Positions 49,130 to 57,254 of a DNA stretch of 64,000 bases are shown here, piece after piece (the stretch's first letter is position 1; each line of letters starts with the position of its first letter). Under the pieces are notes generated by a model that had not been told where the DNA came from, searched no databases, and worked only from the letters and a program-made list of their open reading frames with translations. The DNA is from Candidatus Melainabacteria bacterium (GTDB lineage: Bacteria; Cyanobacteriota; Vampirovibrionia; 2-02-FULL-35-15), in assembly GCA_023250155.1 (NCBI GenBank), contig JAHFBG010000005.1:89057-153056 (forward strand), read 5' to 3'. The translations under genes were made by a program, and so were the position numbers.

Positions 49130-50923
49130 TTACATGCCACCACTTTTGTTTTGAGAATTGATAATTAAAAATCTTTCAAAATCTACTGGCTGACCAAATA
49201 AAAAATTTACCCCAAATTGTGTCTGTTGGCGAAGCGCATCCCAATTCACCAATAGTTTAAAATCTTTTGGTCCAACCTTTGCTCTAACTTGTCGTTCTAT
49301 AAGTTCATCTGCTTTTACATTATAAGTCCCATAGCCACCTAATGTAACCCATTCAGTTAGCTTTACATCACCATCGAGAGAAACACTTTGCATACCTTGA
49401 ATAAATTGATCATAAAACAATGGTGATTTACCACTTACATATCCTTGATCATAACCAATCTCAAATGTAGCAGGGCCCACCGTGTTGTCTAATAAAGGAC
49501 CTCCTGTAAATATTCCTTGGAAATCCCCCGTGGAATATGCCCTGAAAGCATTTCTAGTTCTAACTCTTAGAGCAGTATTGAATTTTTCAGCACCTAGTTT
49601 AAATATAGGCTTACTCACTAATGAAATTTGTTCTTCTGTTTTAAATGCAGTATTTTGAAAATTCATTTGATCTCCAGAACCTTTTAAAAACTGTTGGTAG
49701 CGTGATGGCAAAATACCCGGGCTACTTTGTACCCAGCTACCAGCAGTTCTAAAATTTATACCGGATTCTGAAAATGGAACTTTGATTTTCCTCTTATCTA
49801 CCAATTCAACATTTATTTGTGCCAATGTACTACCTAAAAAACCATCATCAAGGTAATAGTTATAAGCACTGCGAAACTCTGTATGCCTCCCAAATCTTTG
49901 TCTAAATTGACCAATAAAACGTTGTTTCAAAGAACCATAGGAACCCTCTAAAATTGTAGATGGTCCATAAAAACCAACCATACCACCAAACCCTAAAGCA
50001 TTACTTGAACCAAGCTGCCCAAATGGAGATAAAGAAAGAATATGGTAGTCTGTAACATTCAAATTAAATGTAGGACCAAAAGCAAGTCCACCCAATGCTC
50101 CTTGTGTACCAAAAGTAGGAGCAATTAATGGTGCAGTTCTAACTTTTGGATCTGAATTAACAGTAGTCGTAAATTTAGGAGTGACAGGAAGAGAAAAATT
50201 CTGAAAGTGTACTCTTGCTCCATACACAGTTAGGTTATTGATTTTTTTAGAGTTATCATAAACAATCTTTTCTGCAGTGACCCTATACTTTGGAGACTTT
50301 GATACATCATCCCATACAGGTCGTGCTTTTGAAGCTCTTGATTGTTTTTGGCTATAAAATGTACGAGGATGCTTTCTTGCACCAAATCCTTGAGCTACCC
50401 TAATAGGTTCATCCAGTCTCAATCTTCCATGTTCATATTCAATTTTATCGTCTGGTGAACTAGCTACATTTCTTGATCTAATTACAGCCCCTTCTAAAAC
50501 AGTCTTTGGCTGAGTTAATAAGTATTTGTTTGATGTTACATCAAATTTAAAAGAATCTCCAACTGTAACTATCCCACCACGTGTAATTTTAATATTTCCT
50601 TTTGCTTCCACATGCTGATCTGAGCCATAATAAATAATTTCATCAGCTTCAAGTTTTGCTCCCTGATCAACAATGTGTGCAGTTGCCATACCATATGTAA
50701 TATAAACATTAGATTCATGATCATATTCAACATCATCACCCTCAAGTTCAAGATAAACAGCTTTTGCCTTTAAGGTAGTATCTGAGGATTGATTTCCAAC
50801 TACTGATTGCTGATTGTTTTTTTTATGGAATGGATTTTTTAAAATACTTGCTCTTACTTCTACAGGAAGCACAAAGATAAAAGAAAAAATTAAAACAACC
50901 AATAAATAAGTTTGCTTTTTCAT
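49130..50923 (-). CDS. Outer-membrane β-barrel protein with LptD/OstA-like N-terminal domain (tentative)
   Basis: Signal peptide (MKKQTYLLVVLIFSFIFVLPVEVRA). Gly/Ser-rich amphipathic β-strand composition with aromatic residues near the C-terminus. Confidence 0.4.
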   Translation of the reverse strand: MKKQTYLLVVLIFSFIFVLPVEVRASILKNPFHKKNNQQSVVGNQSSDTTLKAKAVYLELEGDDVEYDHESNVYITYGMATAHIVDQGAKLEADEIIYYGSDQHVEAKGNIKITRGGIVTVGDSFKFDVTSNKYLLTQPKTVLEGAVIRSRNVASSPDDKIEYEHGRLRLDEPIRVAQGFGARKHPRTFYSQKQSRASKARPVWDDVSKSPKYRVTAEKIVYDNSKKINNLTVYGARVHFQNFSLPVTPKFTTTVNSDPKVRTAPLIAPTFGTQGALGGLAFGPTFNLNVTDYHILSLSPFGQLGSSNALGFGGMVGFYGPSTILEGSYGSLKQRFIGQFRQRFGRHTEFRSAYNYYLDDGFLGSTLAQINVELVDKRKIKVPFSESGINFRTAGSWVQSSPGILPSRYQQFLKGSGDQMNFQNTAFKTEEQISLVSKPIFKLGAEKFNTALRVRTRNAFRAYSTGDFQGIFTGGPLLDNTVGPATFEIGYDQGYVSGKSPLFYDQFIQGMQSVSLDGDVKLTEWVTLGGYGTYNVKADELIERQVRAKVGPKDFKLLVNWDALRQQTQFGVNFLFGQPVDFERFLIINSQNKSGGM

Positions 50924-50995
50924 AAGTCTAAGTACTAATTATATTCTACGAGACATATGTAAAGATTAAGAAGTGCCATACGCTATTATACTCAT

Positions 50996-52234
50996 GTGAT
51001 TCTAAAGAAGTTAAAACTTACCAATTTTAGGAATTACTTAGATTTCGAGGAAGGATTTCATCATTTAAAAACCATTATTATTGGCCAAAACGCACAGGGT
51101 AAAAGTAATATACTTGAAGCTATTAACATTCTTGCTACTAGTCAATCTGATAGAGCAGAAAAAGATAGTAATCTCGTATATTGGAATAAAGAGTACGCTC
51201 TTATATTTGCAAATATTAAAACAAAAGAAGATGACTTAGATATTGCTCTGCAAATAAATTCAACAGGAAGAAGAAAACTTAAAATGAATGGTGTAGCAAA
51301 AAAGGCTCCACAAGCCGATCTTGTAGGAAATTTTTTCAGTGTAATGTTTTCTTGCGATGATTTATATCTTATTAAAGGCTCGCCATCGATTCGAAGAAAC
51401 TGGATTGACAATGTATTATTTCAGCTTGACACAAAATACCATAAAGCTCTTCAAAACTATCAAAAATCAGTAGTTCAAAAAAACGCTCTTTTAAAAAAAG
51501 CACAAGAAGGCAACCTGTCAAGAAAAGCATTAAAGGAACAATTAGATATTTGGAATGAGCAAATTTTAAACTTTGGCACAGAGGTCATTTATACCAGAAT
51601 AAATTTTATAGCCGATCTACAACCCATAGCAAAAGACTTCCAGGACAGGATTTCAAAACAAACTGAAGATTTAGATATGATTTACAAGTCAACAATTCAG
51701 AACTTAGCACTCAGCACTCAGCTATCAGCTATCAGCACAGAAACAGAGAAGCAGGAGACAGGAGACAAGAAACAGGAAACAGAAGACAAGAAGATCATGC
51801 CTCATGCCTCATGTCTCAATCCCCAATCCTTGAGAGAATCCTTCAAACAAGCTCTTGATAAGTCCTTTGACGAAGAGTTAGCCCGTGGTCAGTCAGTAAT
51901 AGGTCCACATAGAGATGATTTAATATTTCTAATAAATAAAAAAGAAGCTAAATCATTTGCAAGCCAGGGACAACAAAGATCCTTTGTACTTTCTATAAAA
52001 CTTGCTGAGTTACAGATTATTGAAAACAGGAAAGGTGAAATCCCTGTTTTACTTTTAGATGATGTATTTGCAGAATTAGATGAAAGTAGACAGGATTTTC
52101 TATTACATAATTTGCCTAAAAATATACAAATTTTTTTAACTACAACTCATCTAAGTGATGTTCAAAAGGAGTTTTTACAAGAGGCACAAATATTAGAAGT
52201 AGAAGCAGGTAAAATAAAAGTAAAACATTTATAA
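50996..52234 (+). CDS. recF: DNA replication/repair protein RecF, with a ~45-aa low-complexity insertion
   Basis: LKLTNFRNY…GQNAQGKSNILEAI Walker A, C-terminal LLLDDVFAELD Walker B. Extra STQLSAISTETEKQETGDKKQETEDKK..PHASCLNPQSL segment. Confidence 0.85.
   Translation: MILKKLKLTNFRNYLDFEEGFHHLKTIIIGQNAQGKSNILEAINILATSQSDRAEKDSNLVYWNKEYALIFANIKTKEDDLDIALQINSTGRRKLKMNGVAKKAPQADLVGNFFSVMFSCDDLYLIKGSPSIRRNWIDNVLFQLDTKYHKALQNYQKSVVQKNALLKKAQEGNLSRKALKEQLDIWNEQILNFGTEVIYTRINFIADLQPIAKDFQDRISKQTEDLDMIYKSTIQNLALSTQLSAISTETEKQETGDKKQETEDKKIMPHASCLNPQSLRESFKQALDKSFDEELARGQSVIGPHRDDLIFLINKKEAKSFASQGQQRSFVLSIKLAELQIIENRKGEIPVLLLDDVFAELDESRQDFLLHNLPKNIQIFLTTTHLSDVQKEFLQEAQILEVEAGKIKVKHL
51706..51835. repeat. 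In-frame low-complexity microsatellite-like insertion in recF (cagcactcagctatcagctatcagc; ggagacaggagacaagaaacaggaaacagaagacaag; atgcctcatgcctcatg; ctcaatccccaatcc)
   Basis: Direct repeats read directly. Shares the tcaatcc motif with the UbiD insert. Confidence 0.45.
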
Positions 52235-52242
52235 TAAGTACA

Positions 52243-52584
52243 ATGCTTGAAAATACTTTCGACAAAAAAACAAAAAGACAAAAAAGTAATCTCACAAAAA
52301 TAAGTGAATTAATTACCGTTGTTAAGGAAAATCTTGGCATTGAGCAAAGCTTAAAAGTAAAAGCATTAAAAGAGTTGTGGCCTTTAGTTACAAGTTTCAA
52401 CATTTCAAAACAAAGTCAGCCAGCATATTTTGACAGAGAAAACAATCTTGTCATTTCAGTAAAGAGCGGGACTCTTGCAGTAGAACTGTCTATGCAAAAA
52501 AGTAGTATTTTAGAGCGTTTAAAACAAGCAACAAAAGACACAAGCATTACTTTTAAGGATATTAGGTTTATAAATAGGTCCTAG
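52243..52584 (+). CDS. DUF721/DciA-like protein (putative helicase loader) in the canonical recF–gyrB slot
   Basis: 113 aa. Position between recF and gyrB. ELWPLV…LVISVKSGTLAVELSMQKSSILERL pattern. Confidence 0.5.
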   Translation: MLENTFDKKTKRQKSNLTKISELITVVKENLGIEQSLKVKALKELWPLVTSFNISKQSQPAYFDRENNLVISVKSGTLAVELSMQKSSILERLKQATKDTSITFKDIRFINRS

Positions 52585-52679
52585 GGGGCTTTATATACAA
52601 CAATTGTTTTACAGATAGTTTTTTATCTAATGAAATGATAAAATAAGAGTTCATAAAATAAAAGCTCAACAATTAAACT

Positions 52680-54695
52680 ATGTCAAAAATAGACACTGCA
52701 AAAGATAAAGAACTACAAGGAAATGGCTCCTATTCAGCAAGTGATATTGAGGTTTTAGAAGGATTAGATGCTGTAAGACGTCGACCTGGTATGTATATTG
52801 GTGGTGTTGATCAAAAAGCTTTACATCATTGTGTCTATGAAATCGTGGACAATTCCATTGATGAAGCTTTAGCTGGCTATTGTACAGATATTAAAGTTTC
52901 TATAAATACTGATGATTCTATTACTGTAGAAGATAATGGACGAGGGATTCCTGTAGAAAAGGTTTCAAAGACTGGCTTATCTGGCGTTGAGACGGTTTTT
53001 ACCGTATTGCATTCTGGAGGAAAGTTTGGAACTAATGCTAGCTACAAAGTTTCTGGTGGTCTTCATGGAGTAGGAGCATCTTGTGTAAATGCAGTTTCTA
53101 CTAAAATGCAGGTAGAGGTTTACAGAGATGGGCAGATCCATTTCGTTGAATTTTATGGTGATAATTCAGATGGAATTGCAGGACTTAGCAAAAAATCTCT
53201 TAAAGTAACAGGAAGAACTGATAAAAGAGGAACTAAAGTTACCTTTTGGCCTGACCCAAAAATCTTTAAAGAACAAGAGACCGGTAAAATGCCTATTTGC
53301 AATAGAGAGGTAATAGCTGCAAGACTACGTGAAATGGCATTTTTAAATAAAGCATTAAAAATAATTTTTACTGATGAAAGACTTCAAAAATCTGATCCCC
53401 ATTATGAAGAGACTTTCTTTTATGAAGGTGGGATTAAAAGCTATGTCCAGTTATTGAATTCTACAAAGCCTTGTCTCCACAAAGAAGTTATTTATTTTGA
53501 AAGCACTAAGGAGGATGTTGTAGCTGAAATTGCAATGCAGTATACAGATACTTACAGTGAGTCAATTTTTGCCTTTGCAAACAATATTAACAATCCTGAT
53601 GGAGGTACACATCTAACAGGCTTTAGAAATGCTCTAACAAGAATTATAAATGATTATGCAAGAAAGTCAGAACTATTAAAAGAAAACGATCAAAACCTCG
53701 TGGGTGAAGATGTTAGAGAAGGACTAACTGCAATCATTTCTGTAAAAGTCAAAGACCCACAGTTTGAAAGCCAAACCAAAGTCAAGCTTTTAAACAACGA
53801 AGTTCAAACTGCTGTAATATCTATTTTAGGTCAAGAATTAAAAGACTGGCTAGACAGAAATCCAAAAGAGTCAAAAATTATTATCCAAAAAGCAATGCAA
53901 GCTAGAGATGCTCGTGAAGCAGCAAGAAAAGCTAAAAACCTTATACGAAGACAATCTGTACTAGAGTCTGCTGGTGGACTTCCAGGAAAACTTGCTGACT
54001 GTACTAGTAGAGATCCTGAGCGATGCGAAGTATTCATAGTAGAAGGTGATTCGGCAGGCGGTTCAGCTAAGCAAGGTCGCGACAGAATGTACCAAGCTAT
54101 TCTTCCGCTTAGAGGAAAGATATTAAATGTTGAGCGAGCAAGAATTGGAAAGATTTATGACAATACTGAAATCCAAGCATTAATTCAAGCCATTGGTTTA
54201 TCTACCATTGGAGATGACGTGCTTAGACCAAATATCGATGAGTTGGACTTGGATAAGATAAGATATCACAAAGTTATAATAATGACAGATGCCGATGTAG
54301 ACGGAGCTCATATTAGAACGTTACTTTTAACCTTCTTTTTTAGATATGCAAGACCTATCATTGAAAATGGATATATGTTTATTGCTCAACCACCTTTGTA
54401 TAAAGTTGAAAAAAATAAAAAGGTTACCTACTGCTACAACGAACATCAGCTAGAATTAGCAAAAGCAGAATTAGGCGACAAAGCAAGCATACAGCGATTT
54501 AAAGGACTTGGAGAAATGATGCCAGAACAATTATGGAATACTACAATGAATCCTGAAAAAAGGACATTAAAACAAGTTTCTTTTGAAGATGCAGCGGAAG
54601 CAGATAGAATATTTGATGTTTTAATGGGAGATGCTGTAGGTCCAAGACGTGAATTTATAGAAGAGCATGCGGGTTTAGCCATTCTTGATGTTTAA
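52680..54695 (+). CDS. gyrB: DNA gyrase subunit B
   Basis: GHKL ATPase motifs (YEIVDNSIDEALAGY, GLHGVGASCVNAVS), Toprim EGDSAGGSAKQGRDR, PLRGKILNVE, C-terminal GLGEMMPEQLW. Confidence 0.95.
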   Translation: MSKIDTAKDKELQGNGSYSASDIEVLEGLDAVRRRPGMYIGGVDQKALHHCVYEIVDNSIDEALAGYCTDIKVSINTDDSITVEDNGRGIPVEKVSKTGLSGVETVFTVLHSGGKFGTNASYKVSGGLHGVGASCVNAVSTKMQVEVYRDGQIHFVEFYGDNSDGIAGLSKKSLKVTGRTDKRGTKVTFWPDPKIFKEQETGKMPICNREVIAARLREMAFLNKALKIIFTDERLQKSDPHYEETFFYEGGIKSYVQLLNSTKPCLHKEVIYFESTKEDVVAEIAMQYTDTYSESIFAFANNINNPDGGTHLTGFRNALTRIINDYARKSELLKENDQNLVGEDVREGLTAIISVKVKDPQFESQTKVKLLNNEVQTAVISILGQELKDWLDRNPKESKIIIQKAMQARDAREAARKAKNLIRRQSVLESAGGLPGKLADCTSRDPERCEVFIVEGDSAGGSAKQGRDRMYQAILPLRGKILNVERARIGKIYDNTEIQALIQAIGLSTIGDDVLRPNIDELDLDKIRYHKVIIMTDADVDGAHIRTLLLTFFFRYARPIIENGYMFIAQPPLYKVEKNKKVTYCYNEHQLELAKAELGDKASIQRFKGLGEMMPEQLWNTTMNPEKRTLKQVSFEDAAEADRIFDVLMGDAVGPRREFIEEHAGLAILDV

Positions 54696-54771
54696 TTCCT
54701 TAACCAATAAAAAGTTTAATTTTTTATGTATTGATTATAGTACTTAAGTACGGTATTATTTTTACTAATTT

Positions 54772-55473
54772 ATGATAACCAGAATACCAAACCAAACTCC
54801 AAATTTGGATCTAAACCAACGCACGAGAAAATATCTTGAGTTGGTAAGTCACTCCCATCCTGACGAATTAAAAAAACTTGGTGTAGATACTACTAACCTT
54901 GATAAATTAAATGGTGAAGCTGTAAAAAAGTTTGCAATGCTTGTAAAACCAATTCAAATCCAGGCTTTCTGTGAGCTATTAAAAACTTTCAATACTCATG
55001 AACTTGCAGAAATGACAAACCCTAATACAGGAGTTGTCCATATAAATGAAAGAATTGTTGCAGCACAACTCTTAATCGAAAAAGGAATTTCACCTGAGGA
55101 TAGACAACTTGAGTTAGATATCGTTAAGGATGAAGAGGATTTTCCAATAGCAGGCAGCAACTATGATAAAGATACAAAAGAAAATGATGGATTATTAAGA
55201 GCGGAACTTGTTGAGGCACTTATAAAATCTGGCGACAAAAGTCATGAGCTTATAGAAGCACTTAAAGAAATACTAAATAATATGATAGCTGAACCGTCAT
55301 TATCTAAGATTCTTGAAAATGGCTTAAATACAAAAAATCATAATTTTTATTTTACCGCCTTTTTATACTTCTTATCGGAACTATATCATCTTGACAAGAA
55401 ATCTGCCGAAGAAATAATGAAACCATTTGGTATTTCAAAGGAAAGTCTTAATCCTGGATTTATCTCTAATTAA
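54772..55473 (+). CDS. Hypothetical protein (233 aa)
   Basis: ORF with coding-like composition only. Confidence 0.35.
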   Translation: MITRIPNQTPNLDLNQRTRKYLELVSHSHPDELKKLGVDTTNLDKLNGEAVKKFAMLVKPIQIQAFCELLKTFNTHELAEMTNPNTGVVHINERIVAAQLLIEKGISPEDRQLELDIVKDEEDFPIAGSNYDKDTKENDGLLRAELVEALIKSGDKSHELIEALKEILNNMIAEPSLSKILENGLNTKNHNFYFTAFLYFLSELYHLDKKSAEEIMKPFGISKESLNPGFISN

Positions 55474-55733
55474 TAGTGATGTAATTTACAATCAACTTTG
55501 TAATCATTCTTGTGCTTTTTACATATTGATTTTAAGTCTTTCTGTTACTACCTACCGCTCGTTTCGCACGAATGCTCAACTCGCTCTTCTTTCACATCGC
55601 TTTTTGGTGAATAAATCACACAAAAAACTTAGTTATGCTCTTATACACTGTAGCTAAGTAGTAACTCTTTCTGTTAAACTCTTTAAAAGATGAGTAGTTA
55701 TGCTGATTTATCTATTCTGGAAAGGCAATATAA

Positions 55734-56741
55734 ATGGTAGAAACCCTTGTAAAAAAAGAAACGAGTGAAAATCCCTTATTAACACATATGAATGGAAAAC
55801 GAACAGTAAAAATATTTTCAGGCCGAGCAAATGTACCTCTTTCTACGGACATTTGTAATTATCTAAACTTACCGCTTGGGAAAATAAAAATAGATCCTTT
55901 TTCTGATGGTGAGTTATACGTTCAGATACAAGAAAGCGTACGTGGTTGTGATGTATTTGTAATCCAGCCTACATGCCCACCCGTAAATGAAAATATAATG
56001 GAGCTTTTAATTGTAATTGACGCACTAAAGAGAGCTAGTGCAGAAAAAATTACACTAGTAATGCCTTACTATGGTTATGGTAGACAAGACAGAAAAGCTG
56101 CTGGCAGAGAAGCTATTACAGCAAAACTTGTAGCAGATTTACTTGGTCAAGCTGGTACGACAAGAATACTTGCATTAGATTTACATGCTACACAAATAGT
56201 AGGATTTTTTGATGTTCTTGTAGATCATTTATTTGCAACACCTGTATTAGTAGATCACATAAAGTCATTAAATTTAAAAGATATTGTTGTAGTAAGCCCT
56301 GACGTAGGTGGCGTAACAAGAGCTAGAGCGTTTGCTAAAAAATTAAACGATGCTCCTATTGCTATTCTTGATAAAAGAAGACCAGTAGATAAACACAATA
56401 CAGTTGAAGTCATAAATATCATCGGAGAAATTAAAGGTAAGACTTGCATCATAGTAGATGACATGATTGATACAGCAGGGACCATTACCCAAGGTGCAGA
56501 GCTCTTAGCTAAAGAAGGTGCTAAAGAAGTCTTAGCTTGTTCTACACATGCTGTTTTATCTGGTCCAGCAAAAGATAGAATTGACAAATCTCCATTAACT
56601 ACTTTAATAGTAACAAACTCAATACCAGTACCATCTGAAAGAAAACCTAAAAAATTAACGACATTAAGTGTAGCTGGTTTACTTGCTGAAGCTATTAAGA
56701 GAATTCATCTAGATGACTCTGTTAGTGAGATGTTTGAATAG
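55734..56741 (+). CDS. prs: Ribose-phosphate pyrophosphokinase
   Basis: FSDGELYVQIQESVRGCDVFVIQPT; PRPP-binding loop IVDDMIDTAGTI. Confidence 0.9.
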   Translation: MVETLVKKETSENPLLTHMNGKRTVKIFSGRANVPLSTDICNYLNLPLGKIKIDPFSDGELYVQIQESVRGCDVFVIQPTCPPVNENIMELLIVIDALKRASAEKITLVMPYYGYGRQDRKAAGREAITAKLVADLLGQAGTTRILALDLHATQIVGFFDVLVDHLFATPVLVDHIKSLNLKDIVVVSPDVGGVTRARAFAKKLNDAPIAILDKRRPVDKHNTVEVINIIGEIKGKTCIIVDDMIDTAGTITQGAELLAKEGAKEVLACSTHAVLSGPAKDRIDKSPLTTLIVTNSIPVPSERKPKKLTTLSVAGLLAEAIKRIHLDDSVSEMFE

Positions 56742-56920
56742 TACAGTGTGTCTGTACGCATGGACTTAACCATATAAGATATAATACTTTATGTTTTCTC
56801 ATTAGAGACAATAAAAAGTAAATTCTAAGCAAAGGATGTTGCGATGAGCAATATTCTTTGCGTCGAGAGGGAAAAGGAAAAATCTTGTTTGATCCGAGAT
56901 TTTTCCGATTAAAAAGAAAA

Positions 56921-56992
56921 GGGCAGTTAGCGCAGTGGTAGCGCACCTCGTTTACACCGAGGGGGTCATAGGTTCAAATCCTATACTGCCCA
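56921..56992 (+). tRNA. tRNA-Val (anticodon TAC)
   Basis: Hand-folded cloverleaf: acceptor GGGCAGT/ACTGCCC, D arm GCGC-AGTGGTA-GCGC, anticodon arm CCTCG-TTTACAC-CGAGG, T arm ATAGG-TTCAAAT-CCTAT. No encoded CCA. Confidence 0.8.
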
Positions 56993-57011
56993 AGTTTTTA
57001 TATAGCGCTCT

Positions 57012-57040
57012 GCATTTCATAATGAAATGCTTCGCTTTTT
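57012..57040 (+). terminator. Rho-independent terminator after tRNA-Val
   Basis: gcatttcat-a-atgaaatgc hairpin followed by ttcgcttttt. Confidence 0.5.
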
Positions 57041-57254
57041 GTGATTTCATTTCACGACGTTCCGGTTTTTCGCTTATGGAAAAACCTACACTTGGGATTT
57101 TGCTATAACAATCTTCATAAAATAGGTTAACGACCTTAACCTAGAATACAGATTCTAGAAATCTTAAATCAATATAAATAATTCACCTTAACCACTCTTT
57201 GTATTGTGAAATATAACCTATATAAATTAATACTATTGTGAAAGGATTTTTTAA

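Noticed and set aside
55427-55657. 76-aa ORF in the gyrB-distal / prs-upstream intergenic region
   Set aside because: It overlaps the stop of 54772..55473 and has no RBS or domain signal. The region looks like a 5' leader or promoter for prs.
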